From Sphingomonadales bacterium (lineage in GTDB: Bacteria; Pseudomonadota; Alphaproteobacteria; Sphingomonadales; Sphingomonadaceae), in NCBI GenBank assembly GCA_043728175.1, contig JAYTMV010000400.1, forward strand, positions 1 to 35,544: a stretch of DNA of 35,544 bases, in the 5' to 3' direction. Every line of letters begins with the position of its first letter. Position 1 is the first letter of the stretch. Positions 16,377 through 26,320 of this stretch are shown in pieces. The notes below the pieces were generated by a model that did no database searches, was not told the DNA's origin, and worked only from the letters and a program-made list of their open reading frames with translations. Both the position numbers and the translations under genes were made by a program.

Positions 16377-17966
16377 ATGGCGAGCGCGGCAGTCAGCGAA
16401 GATAAAGGGCTTGATATCAAGCGGGATCGGCTGGTGATTACGGCGTCATCGCTTGGCACTGTGTTCGAATGGTATGATTTCTTCGTTTACGGGATTTTGG
16501 CCGCACTGCTCGGCAAGCTGTTTTTTCCTTCGGACAACCCGACTGCCGCGACGCTGGCGAGCCTTGCGATCTTTGGCGCTGGTTTTGGTGTGCGACCGTT
16601 TGGGGCAATATTGTTTGGCTATTTCGGCGATAAGATCGGGCGGAAATACACCTTCCTTGTGACGATCACGCTGATGGGCGGGGCGACGGCGGCGATTGGC
16701 TTTCTGCCAACCTTTGCGACCGCTGGGCTATGGGCGCCCGCACTCCTCTTGTTGATGCGTTGTTTGCAGGGACTGGCGCTCGGCGGCGAATATGGCGGCG
16801 CGGCGATCTATGTTGCTGAACATGCGCCGCCCGGAAAACGCGGGCAGTATACAAGCTGGATTCAGGCCTCGGTTGCTGGCGGATTTCTGCTGGCGGTGGT
16901 GGTTGTGCTGACGACGCGGACGGCGATGACGCCTGAAAGTTTTGAGGCATGGGGCTGGCGCGTGCCGTTTGCGATCTCGCTTCTGCTGCTCGCCATCTCG
17001 CTATGGATCCGGCTCAAACTTTCTGAAAGCCCAGTGTTTCAGGCGATGAAGGCGGCGGGGACGACCTCAAAAAATCCGATCGTTGATAGCTTCAAATATC
17101 CCGGAAATGTGAAGCGCATTTTTGTCGCGATGTTCGGCGTTGCGGCGGGGCTGACGGTGATTTATTATACCTCGCAGTTCGGTACGCTCTATTTCTTGAC
17201 CGGCCCTGCGCGTGTGCCTGAGACTGATGCGCTGGTATATATGGCGATTGGCGCAACGATTGCGGCGCCGTTTTACGTATTTTTCGGCTGGCTGTCCGAC
17301 AAGGTTGGCCGCAAGAAATTGCTGCTGACGGGTTACGCGCTCGCGATGCTGTCAGTCTTCCCGCTGTTCCACATGATGGCCAACGCCGCCAACCCCGATC
17401 TCGAACGTGCGATGCGGACATCGCCTGTCACGCTGTCGCTCCCTGATTGTGATTTCAACGTGCTCAACCGGACGCACACGACCGAATGCGCCAAGGCGCT
17501 CAATTTCCTCACAAAACGCGGAATTGGTTACAGCAAATCACCAAGCGAAACTGTGTCGATCAAGGTTGGCGACACCGTGGTTCAGGGCTTTGATGAAAAG
17601 GCCTATGTCGCAGCACTTGAGGCGGCGGGCTATCCTGACAAATCTGATCCGGCCAAGCGCCAGCCGTGGAAGATCGTCCTTGCGGTTGCGCTCATGGTGG
17701 GCCTCTCGGCGATGACTTACGGCCAAGTTGCGGCAATCCTGGTTGAGATGTTTCCGGCGCGGATTCGCTATACCTCAATGTCGATCCCCTATCATATCGG
17801 AACGGGTTATTTTGGCGGGTTCCTGCCCTATATCTCGCAGTATATCGTCGCGCGAACGGGCGACGCCTATTCAGGGCTATGGTATATGGTCGGGGTGACG
17901 GCGATGGCATTTGTCGTCGCGCTGATCTGGCTGCCCGAGACGTCGGGTAAGGAAATCCTCGACTGA
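16377..17966 (+). CDS. MFS transporter (metabolite:H+ symporter family)
   Basis: GTVFEWYDF, GDKIGRK, QGLALGGEYGGA, WGWRVPF, EMFPARIRYT; GGGAGG RBS. Confidence 0.93.
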   Translation: MASAAVSEDKGLDIKRDRLVITASSLGTVFEWYDFFVYGILAALLGKLFFPSDNPTAATLASLAIFGAGFGVRPFGAILFGYFGDKIGRKYTFLVTITLMGGATAAIGFLPTFATAGLWAPALLLLMRCLQGLALGGEYGGAAIYVAEHAPPGKRGQYTSWIQASVAGGFLLAVVVVLTTRTAMTPESFEAWGWRVPFAISLLLLAISLWIRLKLSESPVFQAMKAAGTTSKNPIVDSFKYPGNVKRIFVAMFGVAAGLTVIYYTSQFGTLYFLTGPARVPETDALVYMAIGATIAAPFYVFFGWLSDKVGRKKLLLTGYALAMLSVFPLFHMMANAANPDLERAMRTSPVTLSLPDCDFNVLNRTHTTECAKALNFLTKRGIGYSKSPSETVSIKVGDTVVQGFDEKAYVAALEAAGYPDKSDPAKRQPWKIVLAVALMVGLSAMTYGQVAAILVEMFPARIRYTSMSIPYHIGTGYFGGFLPYISQYIVARTGDAYSGLWYMVGVTAMAFVVALIWLPETSGKEILD

Positions 17967-17997
17967 GATTGACGCGCCCGCTATCGGCTCGCAAGTG

Positions 17998-19029
17998 ATG
18001 ATTGATCCTCCTTTGCGGCTGCGGCTTGATAGCGATGCGCTGGCCGCGAACTGGCGCTGGCTTGCGGGCATGAGCGGGGCTGCGGCGTGCGGGGCGGCGA
18101 TTAAGGCCGATGGCTACGGGCTTGGTGCGCGCGCGGTGATGGAGCGGCTGATTGCTGCGGGCTGCCGCGATTTCTTTGTCGCCACTTGGGCCGAGGCGCA
18201 GGCGCTTGGGCGCTTGCCTGAGGGCGTTTCGTTTTCGGTACTGCACGGTGTTCGCGCGGAGGATATGGCGTTTGCATTGGTTGCACAGGCGCGGCCAACG
18301 CTCAATTCGGCTGAACAAGTTGCGCGCTGGAAAGTGGCAGGCGGCGGCGCGTGCGATGTCATGCTCGACACCGGAATGAACCGGCTTGGGCTTTCGGTGG
18401 CGGAGGTCGCAAGTGGCCTACTCGACGGGCTCCAGATTGAAACGCTGATGAGTCATCTTGCCTGCGCTGATGAAAATGTTGCACAAAATGCTGCGCAGCA
18501 AAAGGCATTCTTGGCGCTGCGCGACGTAACCAGTGCAAAGCGGATGAGCCTCGCCAATAGCGCCGGGATTTGCCTTGGCAGTGATTATGCGTTTGACCTG
18601 ACCCGCCCCGGTCTTGCACTTTACGGCGGCACACCGCGTAATGAAGCCGTGGGTTATATATCGCAGGTCGCTTACCCGGAGGCGCAGATATTGCAGCGCC
18701 GCCGAATATCTGCGGGCGATAGCGTTGGCTATAACGCAACCTTCACTGCAACACAGGATATGGAGCTAGCGATCCTCAACCTCGGCTATGCCGACGGCTA
18801 TTTGCGCGGTTTCTCAGGCAAGGGTATGGCAGGCAAGGGGCGGTTTCCAGTAGTCGGTCGCGTATCAATGGATTTGATCGCGGTGTGCGTTGATGCTGAG
18901 CCAACACTTGCTGAGGGTGATTGGCTGATGCTTGATTATGATTTGCCGCGTGCTGCTGCAACATCGGGTCTGTCACAATATGAACTGCTAACAGGGCTGG
19001 GTAACCGTTTTACGCGTTACTGGACATAA
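17998..19029 (+). CDS. alr: Alanine racemase
   Basis: AAIKADGYG (PLP Lys), DTGMNRLG, SHLACAD, SLANS, RPGLALYG, GYADG, GRVSMD. Confidence 0.95.
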   Translation: MIDPPLRLRLDSDALAANWRWLAGMSGAAACGAAIKADGYGLGARAVMERLIAAGCRDFFVATWAEAQALGRLPEGVSFSVLHGVRAEDMAFALVAQARPTLNSAEQVARWKVAGGGACDVMLDTGMNRLGLSVAEVASGLLDGLQIETLMSHLACADENVAQNAAQQKAFLALRDVTSAKRMSLANSAGICLGSDYAFDLTRPGLALYGGTPRNEAVGYISQVAYPEAQILQRRRISAGDSVGYNATFTATQDMELAILNLGYADGYLRGFSGKGMAGKGRFPVVGRVSMDLIAVCVDAEPTLAEGDWLMLDYDLPRAAATSGLSQYELLTGLGNRFTRYWT

Positions 19030-20050
19030 ATTCAGCGAGTGGCTGCCACAACCGTTCGGGCGCGCGGCTACCGACGATCATCCCGACATGGCCGAGCCCA
19101 AGCACCAGCCGATTGGGCAGGCCAGTTGCGGAGGCCGCAGGCACAATCCGGTCAACCGTTGAGATGATATCAAGCGTTGGGCAGGTGATCTTTGCCGGAT
19201 CGATGATCTGACCGCCAACGCGCCATGCGCCGCTGCCTGTCACATCGTTCCCAAAAAAATCCTCAAATGCCTCGCGCGCTGCGCCGTAGGTGAGCGGCGG
19301 GCCGTCATTGGCCCAATCTTCGACCGCAATGAAGCGCTGTGCCTTGTCGCTTGCCTGTTCCATCGCAGCAAACTCAGCATATTTGCCAACCGTACGTGCG
19401 GGATCAAGCCGCCAAAAGCCTGACTGCAATATTTCCATCGGCATCAGGCCAAGCGTGTTCGCGGGCGATTGCGCCGCTTGCCATAGCGAAGCCTGATCGG
19501 CGCGTGCAGCATCAGGAAAACCGGCGAAGTTCCACGGCGCTGCGATCAATGCAAGCGCCTTGACCGGGGTAAGCGAAGCCGCCGCCAGCGCCATCGTCCC
19601 GCCAAGGCAATAGCCAGTGAGGAGCGGAGCCTCACCAAGCGTCTCAATCAGCGGTACGAGATAGCGCGTGACATGACCGCCAATATCGAGATCACGTTCG
19701 CTTGGACTTGGGCACCCCCAATCGACCAGCAATACACAGAATCCCTCCGCCGCCATCCATTCGAGTAGCGAATGGCGCTCCATCAGATCAAGCACGGTTG
19801 GCGGATTGATCAGAGAAGGCACGAAGATCAGTGGCGGGCCGCTGCCGCCAAAGTCACGCAGTTTTGCTCGCCCGACATTAGCAATCACTGGGGCAAGCGC
19901 ACGCGGCGGCAAACGCGCCGCCGTTTCAAACGCGCGCAGGCCTTCCATAACTGCTGCGACCCTTGCCGGATCGCCGCCGTATTCGCGCGCAACCAGTTCA
20001 AGAAACAGCGGCAGCGGCCTTGGCCCGTACTTTTGTTGCAGTGCAACCAG
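19010..20050 (-). CDS. PHA synthase-like alpha/beta hydrolase (PhaC class III-like; start uncertain)
   Basis: VPSLIN...LDL, LVDWG, GYCLGG catalytic Cys box, DRIVP, GHVG. Divergent from phaR. Confidence 0.8.
   Translation of the reverse strand: MVALQQKYGPRPLPLFLELVAREYGGDPARVAAVMEGLRAFETAARLPPRALAPVIANVGRAKLRDFGGSGPPLIFVPSLINPPTVLDLMERHSLLEWMAAEGFCVLLVDWGCPSPSERDLDIGGHVTRYLVPLIETLGEAPLLTGYCLGGTMALAAASLTPVKALALIAAPWNFAGFPDAARADQASLWQAAQSPANTLGLMPMEILQSGFWRLDPARTVGKYAEFAAMEQASDKAQRFIAVEDWANDGPPLTYGAAREAFEDFFGNDVTGSGAWRVGGQIIDPAKITCPTLDIISTVDRIVPAASATGLPNRLVLGLGHVGMIVGSRAPERLWQPLAEFMSSNA
20035..20047. promoter_or_regulatory. Candidate PhaR operator
   Basis: Perfect palindrome GTTGCA-G-TGCAAC containing TGC-N3-GCA, 46 bp upstream of the phaR ATG. 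Confidence 0.6.
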
Positions 20051-20093
20051 ATTTGGTGCTAGAGACTGTTTTTCGTTCAAAGGATCTGCCGTT

Positions 20094-20645
20094 ATGGCCA
20101 AATCGTCAAAAGCAACAGGTGAAGGCACGTCGGTTGTCATCATCAAGAAATACGCCAATCGCCGCCTTTATAATACTGAGTCTTCATCGTATATCACGCT
20201 TGATGATCTGGCAAAAATGACGCGCGAAGGGCGCGAGTTTCAGGTGGTTGATGCCAAATCGGGCGAAGATATTACCCACAATGTTTTGACCCAAATCATC
20301 ATGGATGAGGAAACCAACGGCACGTCGATGCTGCCCGCTGGGTTCCTGCGCCAGATCATTTCGATGTACGGCGATTCGATGCAGGCGATGGTGCCGCAAT
20401 ATCTTGAAGCCTCAATGGATGCCTTTCGCCAGAATCAAAAGCAGTTTCGTTCCGCGCTTGAAGGCGCGTTGACCAGCGGCCCGTTTGGCGAAATCGCCAA
20501 GCGTAACATGGCGATGTTTGAAGCTGCAACCAGTGCCTTCCGCCCGCGCAGCAAGGGTGATGCGGGTAAGAGCGACAGTGACGAAGTCGCTGCACTTAAG
20601 GCGCAACTGGCCGCACTTCAAGCCAAGGTTGATAAGCTCAGCTAG
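20094..20645 (+). CDS. phaR: Polyhydroxyalkanoate synthesis repressor
   Basis: IIKKYANRRLYNTESSSYITL, VVDAKSGEDIT..VLTQII, FLRQII..YG. ATG 20094 with AAGGA RBS. Confidence 0.95.
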   Translation: MAKSSKATGEGTSVVIIKKYANRRLYNTESSSYITLDDLAKMTREGREFQVVDAKSGEDITHNVLTQIIMDEETNGTSMLPAGFLRQIISMYGDSMQAMVPQYLEASMDAFRQNQKQFRSALEGALTSGPFGEIAKRNMAMFEAATSAFRPRSKGDAGKSDSDEVAALKAQLAALQAKVDKLS

Positions 20646-21303
20646 GGTCTGACCACATCCGGCGCAGGCCGTATTGGATGCGCTGTAGGCGGCTGTAATT
20701 TTCAAACGCCATGTTGTTGCCCTCAAGCGCCGCAACCTCATTAAGTTCATAGAGCAAATCGCGCTGATTGATGTCGGGCACGTCGCTTTCGATGAAGCTG
20801 ATCGCGGCAATCCGTTCCCCGCGCGTGACGGGGATTACTTGGTGAAGCGTGTTTGAAGGGTAAATGATCGCACTGCCCGGTGCGCCCTTGAACGTCACCG
20901 CGCGGGTGCCGAGCAGCACTGAGAGTTCGCCGCCATCATAGCTTGCCGGATCAGCAAGAAAGATCGTCGCGCTTAGGTCAGTACGTAGCGGGCGTTGGCC
21001 CATCGGGATGAACGCCGCGTCAGCGTGGGCACCGTATTTCATGCCTACGCCGTACTTCGTGATCATCGGCGGCAAGACAATTTTGGGGAAAGCAAAATCC
21101 ACAAATTCAGCGCGCCCAAACAAGGCCTCAATCATGATCTTTGATGAGCGGGCATAGGCCGCCTGATCATGAAGCTGGAGATTATCCTTCGCCGGATTAT
21201 TGGGATTGCTGATCCGCCCATCAACGAAATTGGCGTTCGCCGCTATGGTTAGCAATTCGGCAACCTCGGCAGCGTTCAACAAATCTGGAATTTCAAGAAA
21301 CAT
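20638..21303 (-). CDS. Fe(II)/2OG dioxygenase (PiuC/YbiX PKHD type)
   Basis: FVDGR, YGAHAD (HxD), RTDLSATIFL..P.SYDGGEL, YPS.TLH.V.PVTRGER. Start ATG 21303. Confidence 0.88.
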   Translation of the reverse strand: MFLEIPDLLNAAEVAELLTIAANANFVDGRISNPNNPAKDNLQLHDQAAYARSSKIMIEALFGRAEFVDFAFPKIVLPPMITKYGVGMKYGAHADAAFIPMGQRPLRTDLSATIFLADPASYDGGELSVLLGTRAVTFKGAPGSAIIYPSNTLHQVIPVTRGERIAAISFIESDVPDINQRDLLYELNEVAALEGNNMAFENYSRLQRIQYGLRRMWSDPS

Positions 21304-22171
21304 TGTAAGTGCTCCCTGCCAGTACCACTGTCTTTTGCGCCTGAACCAGATGCGGCATATCAAGCATTTTGCCGTTGAGGCCAAGCGTCCCGACGCCAGG
21401 ATTGGCGGCGAACAGCGCAATCACTTCGCGGGCGTGTGTTACTTCGGCCTCAGAAGGGGTGAACGCCTCATTTATGATCGCGACTTGTGCCGGGTGGATC
21501 GCGAGCCTTCCTGCAAAACCATCCCGCCGCGCGCGACGTGATGAGGCCGCAAGCCCAGCATTATCCTTATAATCGGCATGGAGCGTATCAATCGCCGCAA
21601 CCTTGGCCGCCGACGCGCCGAACAAGCAGAGTGATCGAGTCAGCTCAAACGGCTGACTCCATTCGCCGGATTCATCGCGGTTATCGATGGCACCAATGGC
21701 TGCGGCCAAATCCTCCGCACCCCAGGTAATCCCGGCAAGGCGCGCGCCGACGATGGCATAATTGCCAAGCGCGAACACCGCCTCAGGTACTTCGGTTGCG
21801 ACGGGGATAATCCGAGTGTGGCCGCGCGCCGTGCCGTGCTGTGCTTCAAACGCATCAAGATAATGGCCAAGCTGAACACAGTCATGCGCTGACCCCGCCT
21901 TTGGCAGCATGATCCCGTCGGGCCGTGCTGCCATGACGGCTGCCAAGTCAGTAAGCGCATCAGGCGTATCAAGCGGGTTGATTCGCACATAAATCGCACA
22001 GCGGCGGTTCGCGTTAGTCAGATAGTCACTGACGATGCTCCGTGCGGCTGGCTTGTTCGCGGGTGCGACGGAATCTTCAAGATCAAGGATCACCGCATCA
22101 GGCGCAAAGCCTTCAGATTTCGCAATCTTCTTTTCGCTGTCCCCAGGGACGAAGAGCATCGATCGGTACAT
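21293..22171 (-). CDS. CitE-like CoA ester lyase
   Basis: RSMLFVPGD, ILDLEDSV, VRIN, MLPK, WGAEDL, AIHPAQ. Confidence 0.92.
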   Translation of the reverse strand: MYRSMLFVPGDSEKKIAKSEGFAPDAVILDLEDSVAPANKPAARSIVSDYLTNANRRCAIYVRINPLDTPDALTDLAAVMAARPDGIMLPKAGSAHDCVQLGHYLDAFEAQHGTARGHTRIIPVATEVPEAVFALGNYAIVGARLAGITWGAEDLAAAIGAIDNRDESGEWSQPFELTRSLCLFGASAAKVAAIDTLHADYKDNAGLAASSRRARRDGFAGRLAIHPAQVAIINEAFTPSEAEVTHAREVIALFAANPGVGTLGLNGKMLDMPHLVQAQKTVVLAGSTYNVS

Positions 22172-22172
22172 A

Positions 22173-22628
22173 TCAGTCCTTGGGTTTGCGGTGCATCAGC
22201 GCGGATCGTTTGCAACTGCCGACGAGTTCATCGCGCTGATTATAGGCGCGGTGGGCAAAGATGATAATGCCGTTTTCAGGCCGCGATTTGCTTTCACGAA
22301 TTTCAAGCACTTCGCTTTCAATATGGAGCGTATCGCCGTGGAAGACGGGTGCGGGAAAGCGCACCTCATCCCAACCAAGATTGGCAACCGTAGTTCCGAG
22401 TGTCGTGTCTCCTACTGAAATCCCGACCATGAGCCCAAGCGTGAAAGTGCTGTTGACGATGCGCGCGCCGTACTGCGACCCGCGCATATATTCCTCATCA
22501 AGGTGGAGTGCGGCTGGATTATGAGTCAGCGCGCTGATGAATAGGTTATCGGCTTCAGTTACCGTCCGCCGCATAAAATGCTTGAACATTTGGCCGACAT
22601 GAAATTCTTCAAAATAGAGACCGGGCAT
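22173..22628 (-). CDS. MaoC-family dehydratase
   Basis: GLYFEEF, RTVTEADN, NPAALH, ANLG...VRF..PVF.GDT. Confidence 0.92.
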   Translation of the reverse strand: MPGLYFEEFHVGQMFKHFMRRTVTEADNLFISALTHNPAALHLDEEYMRGSQYGARIVNSTFTLGLMVGISVGDTTLGTTVANLGWDEVRFPAPVFHGDTLHIESEVLEIRESKSRPENGIIIFAHRAYNQRDELVGSCKRSALMHRKPKD

Positions 22629-22667
22629 ATATTGGCTCCTTATTGGCCTGTTATAGTTATCTGGCAG

Positions 22668-23924
22668 CTATAGCCAATCAGGAATTGGCTCGGCTGCGAT
22701 CAGCGTTTCGGGCTCAACGCGGTTTGCAACGACCGCAAACCTGTCACCATCGACCATCACTTCGGGGACAAGCGCACGGCTGTTATACGTACTCGCCATC
22801 GTTGCGCCATATGCGCCTGCGGTGCGGAAGATCGCGAGATCGCCTGACTTAACCAGATCAATCTCACGCGCCATCGCGAAGGTATCGGTACTTTCGCATA
22901 CTGGCCCGGCAATATTGGCGGTGAAGCGTTCGCCGCTTGGAACAACTGCTTCAAAATCATGCCACGCATCATAAAGCGCGGGGCGAGCGAGATCATTCAT
23001 GGCGGCGTCAACGATAACATAGGGGCGGATGACGCCGGGTTTGACCCAGATCACCTTAGTCAGCAAGACGCCCGCATTGCCGACGATGACGCGGCCGGGT
23101 TCAAACATCAGGGTGACATCCCAGCCCTTGGTGACGCGCGCGACCATCGCGCCATAATCATGAGGCGTTGGCGGGGTTTCATGGCGCTGATACGGCACGC
23201 CAAGGCCGCCGCCGAGATCAACCCGATCAATATTGTAGCCGGAACTGCGTAAGCCGCTCACCAGCGCCCATATTTTGACGTAGGCTGCCTCAAGTGGGGC
23301 GAGGTCAAACAACTGGCTGCCAATATGGAGTGCAATCCCGCGCATATCGAGGCCGGGGAGTGCTGCCAACCGCGAAAAGATTGCGGCGGCCTGATCAATC
23401 GGCACGCCGAACTTATTTTCCTTCATCCCCGTTGAGATTTTGGCGTGGGTACCGGCGTCAACATCGGGATTCACACGCAGCGTGGCAACGGCACGTTTGC
23501 CCATAGCCGCAGCAATCCCGGAGAGCGCCACGCCCTCTTCCTCAAGCTCAATATTAAACTGGCCGATCCCGTCACTCAGCGCGCGTTCAAGCTCGTCACG
23601 CGTTTTGCCAACACCTGAAAAGACCACATCTTGCGGGCGCATTCCGGCGGCAAGCGCACGGGCGATTTCACCGCCTGACACGACGTCAGCACCAAAGCCT
23701 TGATTGGCGAGTACACGCAAGACGGACAGATTGGGGTTGGCCTTGATCGCAAAGGCCACATGCGTTCGCGCGATGGGCGCAAGCGCTTCTTTGAATACCC
23801 GCGCATGGCGCTCAAGCGTGGCGCGCGAATAGACGTAAACGGGCGAGCCAACTGCCGCTGCAATCGCGGGCAATGGCACATCCTCGGCATGTACCACGCC
23901 GTTTCTCAGTTCAAAATGATCCAT
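22668..23924 (-). CDS. lysA: Diaminopimelate decarboxylase
   Basis: FAIKAN, DVVSGGE, FSGVGK, HIGSQ, DLGGGLG, EPGR, GPVCESTD, GAYG. Confidence 0.97.
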   Translation of the reverse strand: MDHFELRNGVVHAEDVPLPAIAAAVGSPVYVYSRATLERHARVFKEALAPIARTHVAFAIKANPNLSVLRVLANQGFGADVVSGGEIARALAAGMRPQDVVFSGVGKTRDELERALSDGIGQFNIELEEEGVALSGIAAAMGKRAVATLRVNPDVDAGTHAKISTGMKENKFGVPIDQAAAIFSRLAALPGLDMRGIALHIGSQLFDLAPLEAAYVKIWALVSGLRSSGYNIDRVDLGGGLGVPYQRHETPPTPHDYGAMVARVTKGWDVTLMFEPGRVIVGNAGVLLTKVIWVKPGVIRPYVIVDAAMNDLARPALYDAWHDFEAVVPSGERFTANIAGPVCESTDTFAMAREIDLVKSGDLAIFRTAGAYGATMASTYNSRALVPEVMVDGDRFAVVANRVEPETLIAAEPIPDWL

Positions 23925-23929
23925 GAATT

Positions 23930-24172
23930 TCAGCCCGGTGGTGGAAGGTCAAATTTATCGTCGCGACGTTTCTCCGAGCGTTTAAGCTGTTCGTCGCTGC
24001 GATTGGGCTGCGCCTGCGGGTCAAGTTTGAGGAGCTGATCAGGTGTGAGTGTTTCGCCTGCTGTAAAGGGTTTCACGGGCAACGCCTTGCCTTCCTGCGG
24101 CTTGAGCCCGGTGCGCGCGCCGCACCCGCTGATCAGGGCTGCTGCCAAAACTGCCATCGCGATCCGCTTCAT
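23930..24172 (-). CDS. Small lipoprotein between argH and lysA
   Basis: [17 protein letters not shown] lipobox, CG...L.P; ATGA overlap with the argH stop. Confidence 0.8.
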   Translation of the reverse strand: MKRIAMAVLAAALISGCGARTGLKPQEGKALPVKPFTAGETLTPDQLLKLDPQAQPNRSDEQLKRSEKRRDDKFDLPPPG

Positions 24173-25542
24173 GATGACTGCTCCAACCAAATTTTCGCCT
24201 CGGCGATACGCTGCCTTACTTCAGATGGCGCGGTTCCGCCATAACTGGTTCGGCTCGCAACCGAGGCATCCACCGAAAGTACCGAATACACGCCCTTGGT
24301 GATGCGCGGATCAATGCCATTGAGATCATCAATAGAGAGCGCATCAAGCGCTATGCCCTTGGTCTCCGCCAGTTTTACCGCACGGCCTGTGATATAGTGC
24401 GCCTCACGGAACGGCACATTTGCTTCGCGCACCAGCCAGTCGGCAAGATCGGTTGCGGTCGCAAATCCGCTTTCAGCAAGTGCGCGCATCCGGTCAGTGC
24501 GAAATTCGAGCGTTTCAACCATCCCGGTCATCGCGGCGAGTGAGAGTGCGAGCAGATCATACGCCTCAAACAGCGGCGGCTTATCATTCTGCATATCCTT
24601 TGAGTAAGCGAGTGGCAGGCCTTTCATCGTGATCATCAGCGCGGTCATGCAGCCGATGATCCGCCCGGTGTGGCCGCGCACAAGCTCGGCTGCATCGGGG
24701 TTGCGCTTCTGCGGCATGATAGATGATCCGGTTGACCATGCGTCAGACAGCGAGACAAAGCCGAACGGCTGGCTCGCCCAGATGATGATCTCCTCGGCGA
24801 GCCGCGAGAGGTGGAGCGCGCACTGGGTGGCGCAGGTGAGAAACTCGATCGCGAAATCCCGGTCGGATACACTGTCGAGACTATTCGCGGTCGGCGCGTC
24901 GAAACCGAGTGCCTTTGCCGTCGCGTGGCGATCAATTGGAAAGCCCGTGCCAGCAAGGGCGGCACTACCAAGCGGGCACTGATTAAGCCGCGCGCGGGCA
25001 TCGGCAAAGCGGCTACGATCGCGCTTGAGCATTTCAAAATAGGCCATCAGATGGTGGCCAAGCGTCACCGGTTGTGCGCTTTGCAAATGGGTGAAGCCGG
25101 GCATTACCGACGCGGCATGATCTTCCGCGCGTATTACGAGGGCGGTTTGCAGCGCGGCGATCCCAGCGTCCACCGCGTCCACGGCACTGCGCACCCACAG
25201 CCGGAAATCCGTCGCGACCTGATCATTGCGAGACCGCGCGGTGTGGAGCCGCCCGGCAACAGGCCCGATCAGTTCGGCAAGCCGTGCCTCAGTCGCCATA
25301 TGGATATCTTCAAGCGCCAAATCCTCGGGCAATTCTTGCGCAAACTCAGCCGCAACCTGATCAAGCCCCGCAGCGATTGTTGCGGCATCCTCGCTGCTCA
25401 AAATCCCCTGCGCGCCGAGCATCGCAACATGCGCCTTCGATCCGGCAATATCTTGCTGCCACAAACGCTTGTCGAATGGCAGACTAGCATTTATCTCACG
25501 CATCACCGAAGCGGGGCCATCGGCAAACCGGCCGCCCCACAT
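24169..25542 (-). CDS. argH: Argininosuccinate lyase
   Basis: [41 protein letters not shown]. Alternative ATG at 25578. Confidence 0.97.
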   Translation of the reverse strand: MWGGRFADGPASVMREINASLPFDKRLWQQDIAGSKAHVAMLGAQGILSSEDAATIAAGLDQVAAEFAQELPEDLALEDIHMATEARLAELIGPVAGRLHTARSRNDQVATDFRLWVRSAVDAVDAGIAALQTALVIRAEDHAASVMPGFTHLQSAQPVTLGHHLMAYFEMLKRDRSRFADARARLNQCPLGSAALAGTGFPIDRHATAKALGFDAPTANSLDSVSDRDFAIEFLTCATQCALHLSRLAEEIIIWASQPFGFVSLSDAWSTGSSIMPQKRNPDAAELVRGHTGRIIGCMTALMITMKGLPLAYSKDMQNDKPPLFEAYDLLALSLAAMTGMVETLEFRTDRMRALAESGFATATDLADWLVREANVPFREAHYITGRAVKLAETKGIALDALSIDDLNGIDPRITKGVYSVLSVDASVASRTSYGGTAPSEVRQRIAEAKIWLEQSS

Positions 25543-25558
25543 TTGATTGGAATTTTGC

Positions 25559-26134
25559 GTGCGCTCGTTAATCGTCATTCTCCTAGGGGTTAGCCTCACC
25601 CTCGTCGCTGGCTGCGATAAGCAATCCACTGACGCTCCGCAAGCGCAGGGCGAAAGCAAAGGCGCAAAGGCAAAGCCCGAAGCGCAGGGCACACTCGACA
25701 TCTCACATCGCGGTGAGGATGCGCCGAACGTCAAATTCAACGCGCCCGATGGCAGCGAAGTGTCACTCGCGAGCTTCAAGGGCAAGCCAGTGCTCGTCAA
25801 TCTCTGGGCAACATGGTGCGGGCCGTGCGTCGCCGAAATGCCAACGCTCGATGCTTTGGCCGCGCGGCAGGCCGATAAGCTCACCGTGCTGACGGTCAGC
25901 CAAGACATGCAGGGCAAGGAACTCGTTGATAAATGGTGGGCCAAGCAAACTTACAAATTGATCGCGCCCTATCTCGATCAGGAAAATAACCTCGGCTTCG
26001 CGTTCAACACCGGAATGGTGCCAACGACGGTGCTTTACGACAAAGATGGCAAAGAAATCTGGCGCGTGATCGGCGGCATGGATTGGGACGGGCCAAGGGC
26101 GAATACGCTAATGGCGGAGGCGGTTGGGGGGTAG
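25559..26134 (+). CDS. tlpA: TlpA-family thiol-disulfide reductase, lipoprotein
   Basis: GTG start, [19 protein letters not shown] lipobox, [15 protein letters not shown], cis-Pro loop VPTT. Confidence 0.9.
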   Translation: MRSLIVILLGVSLTLVAGCDKQSTDAPQAQGESKGAKAKPEAQGTLDISHRGEDAPNVKFNAPDGSEVSLASFKGKPVLVNLWATWCGPCVAEMPTLDALAARQADKLTVLTVSQDMQGKELVDKWWAKQTYKLIAPYLDQENNLGFAFNTGMVPTTVLYDKDGKEIWRVIGGMDWDGPRANTLMAEAVGG

Positions 26135-26320
26135 TTTTGGAGCGAATGCCCTTTGGCTGGTTTCGACTGCAATTTTTGCCTCTCAATCATTTTATACTGT
26201 TACGCAAATGCGGTCGTCTCTATACAGTATGTCCCATACAAAAACTTGGTCGGGAGTCCTGACTTGCGTTCGTTTACGAGCTATGCCTCCGATTATGACA
26301 TGCATCGTGGCTCCTCCGCA

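Noticed and set aside
19806-20093. N-terminal extension of PhaR
   Set aside because: Shadow of the PhaC-like gene; RBS and homology support ATG 20094.
25579-25944. N-terminal extension of ArgH (591-aa ORF)
   Set aside because: Antisense shadow of tlpA; ArgH homology begins at MWGGRF.
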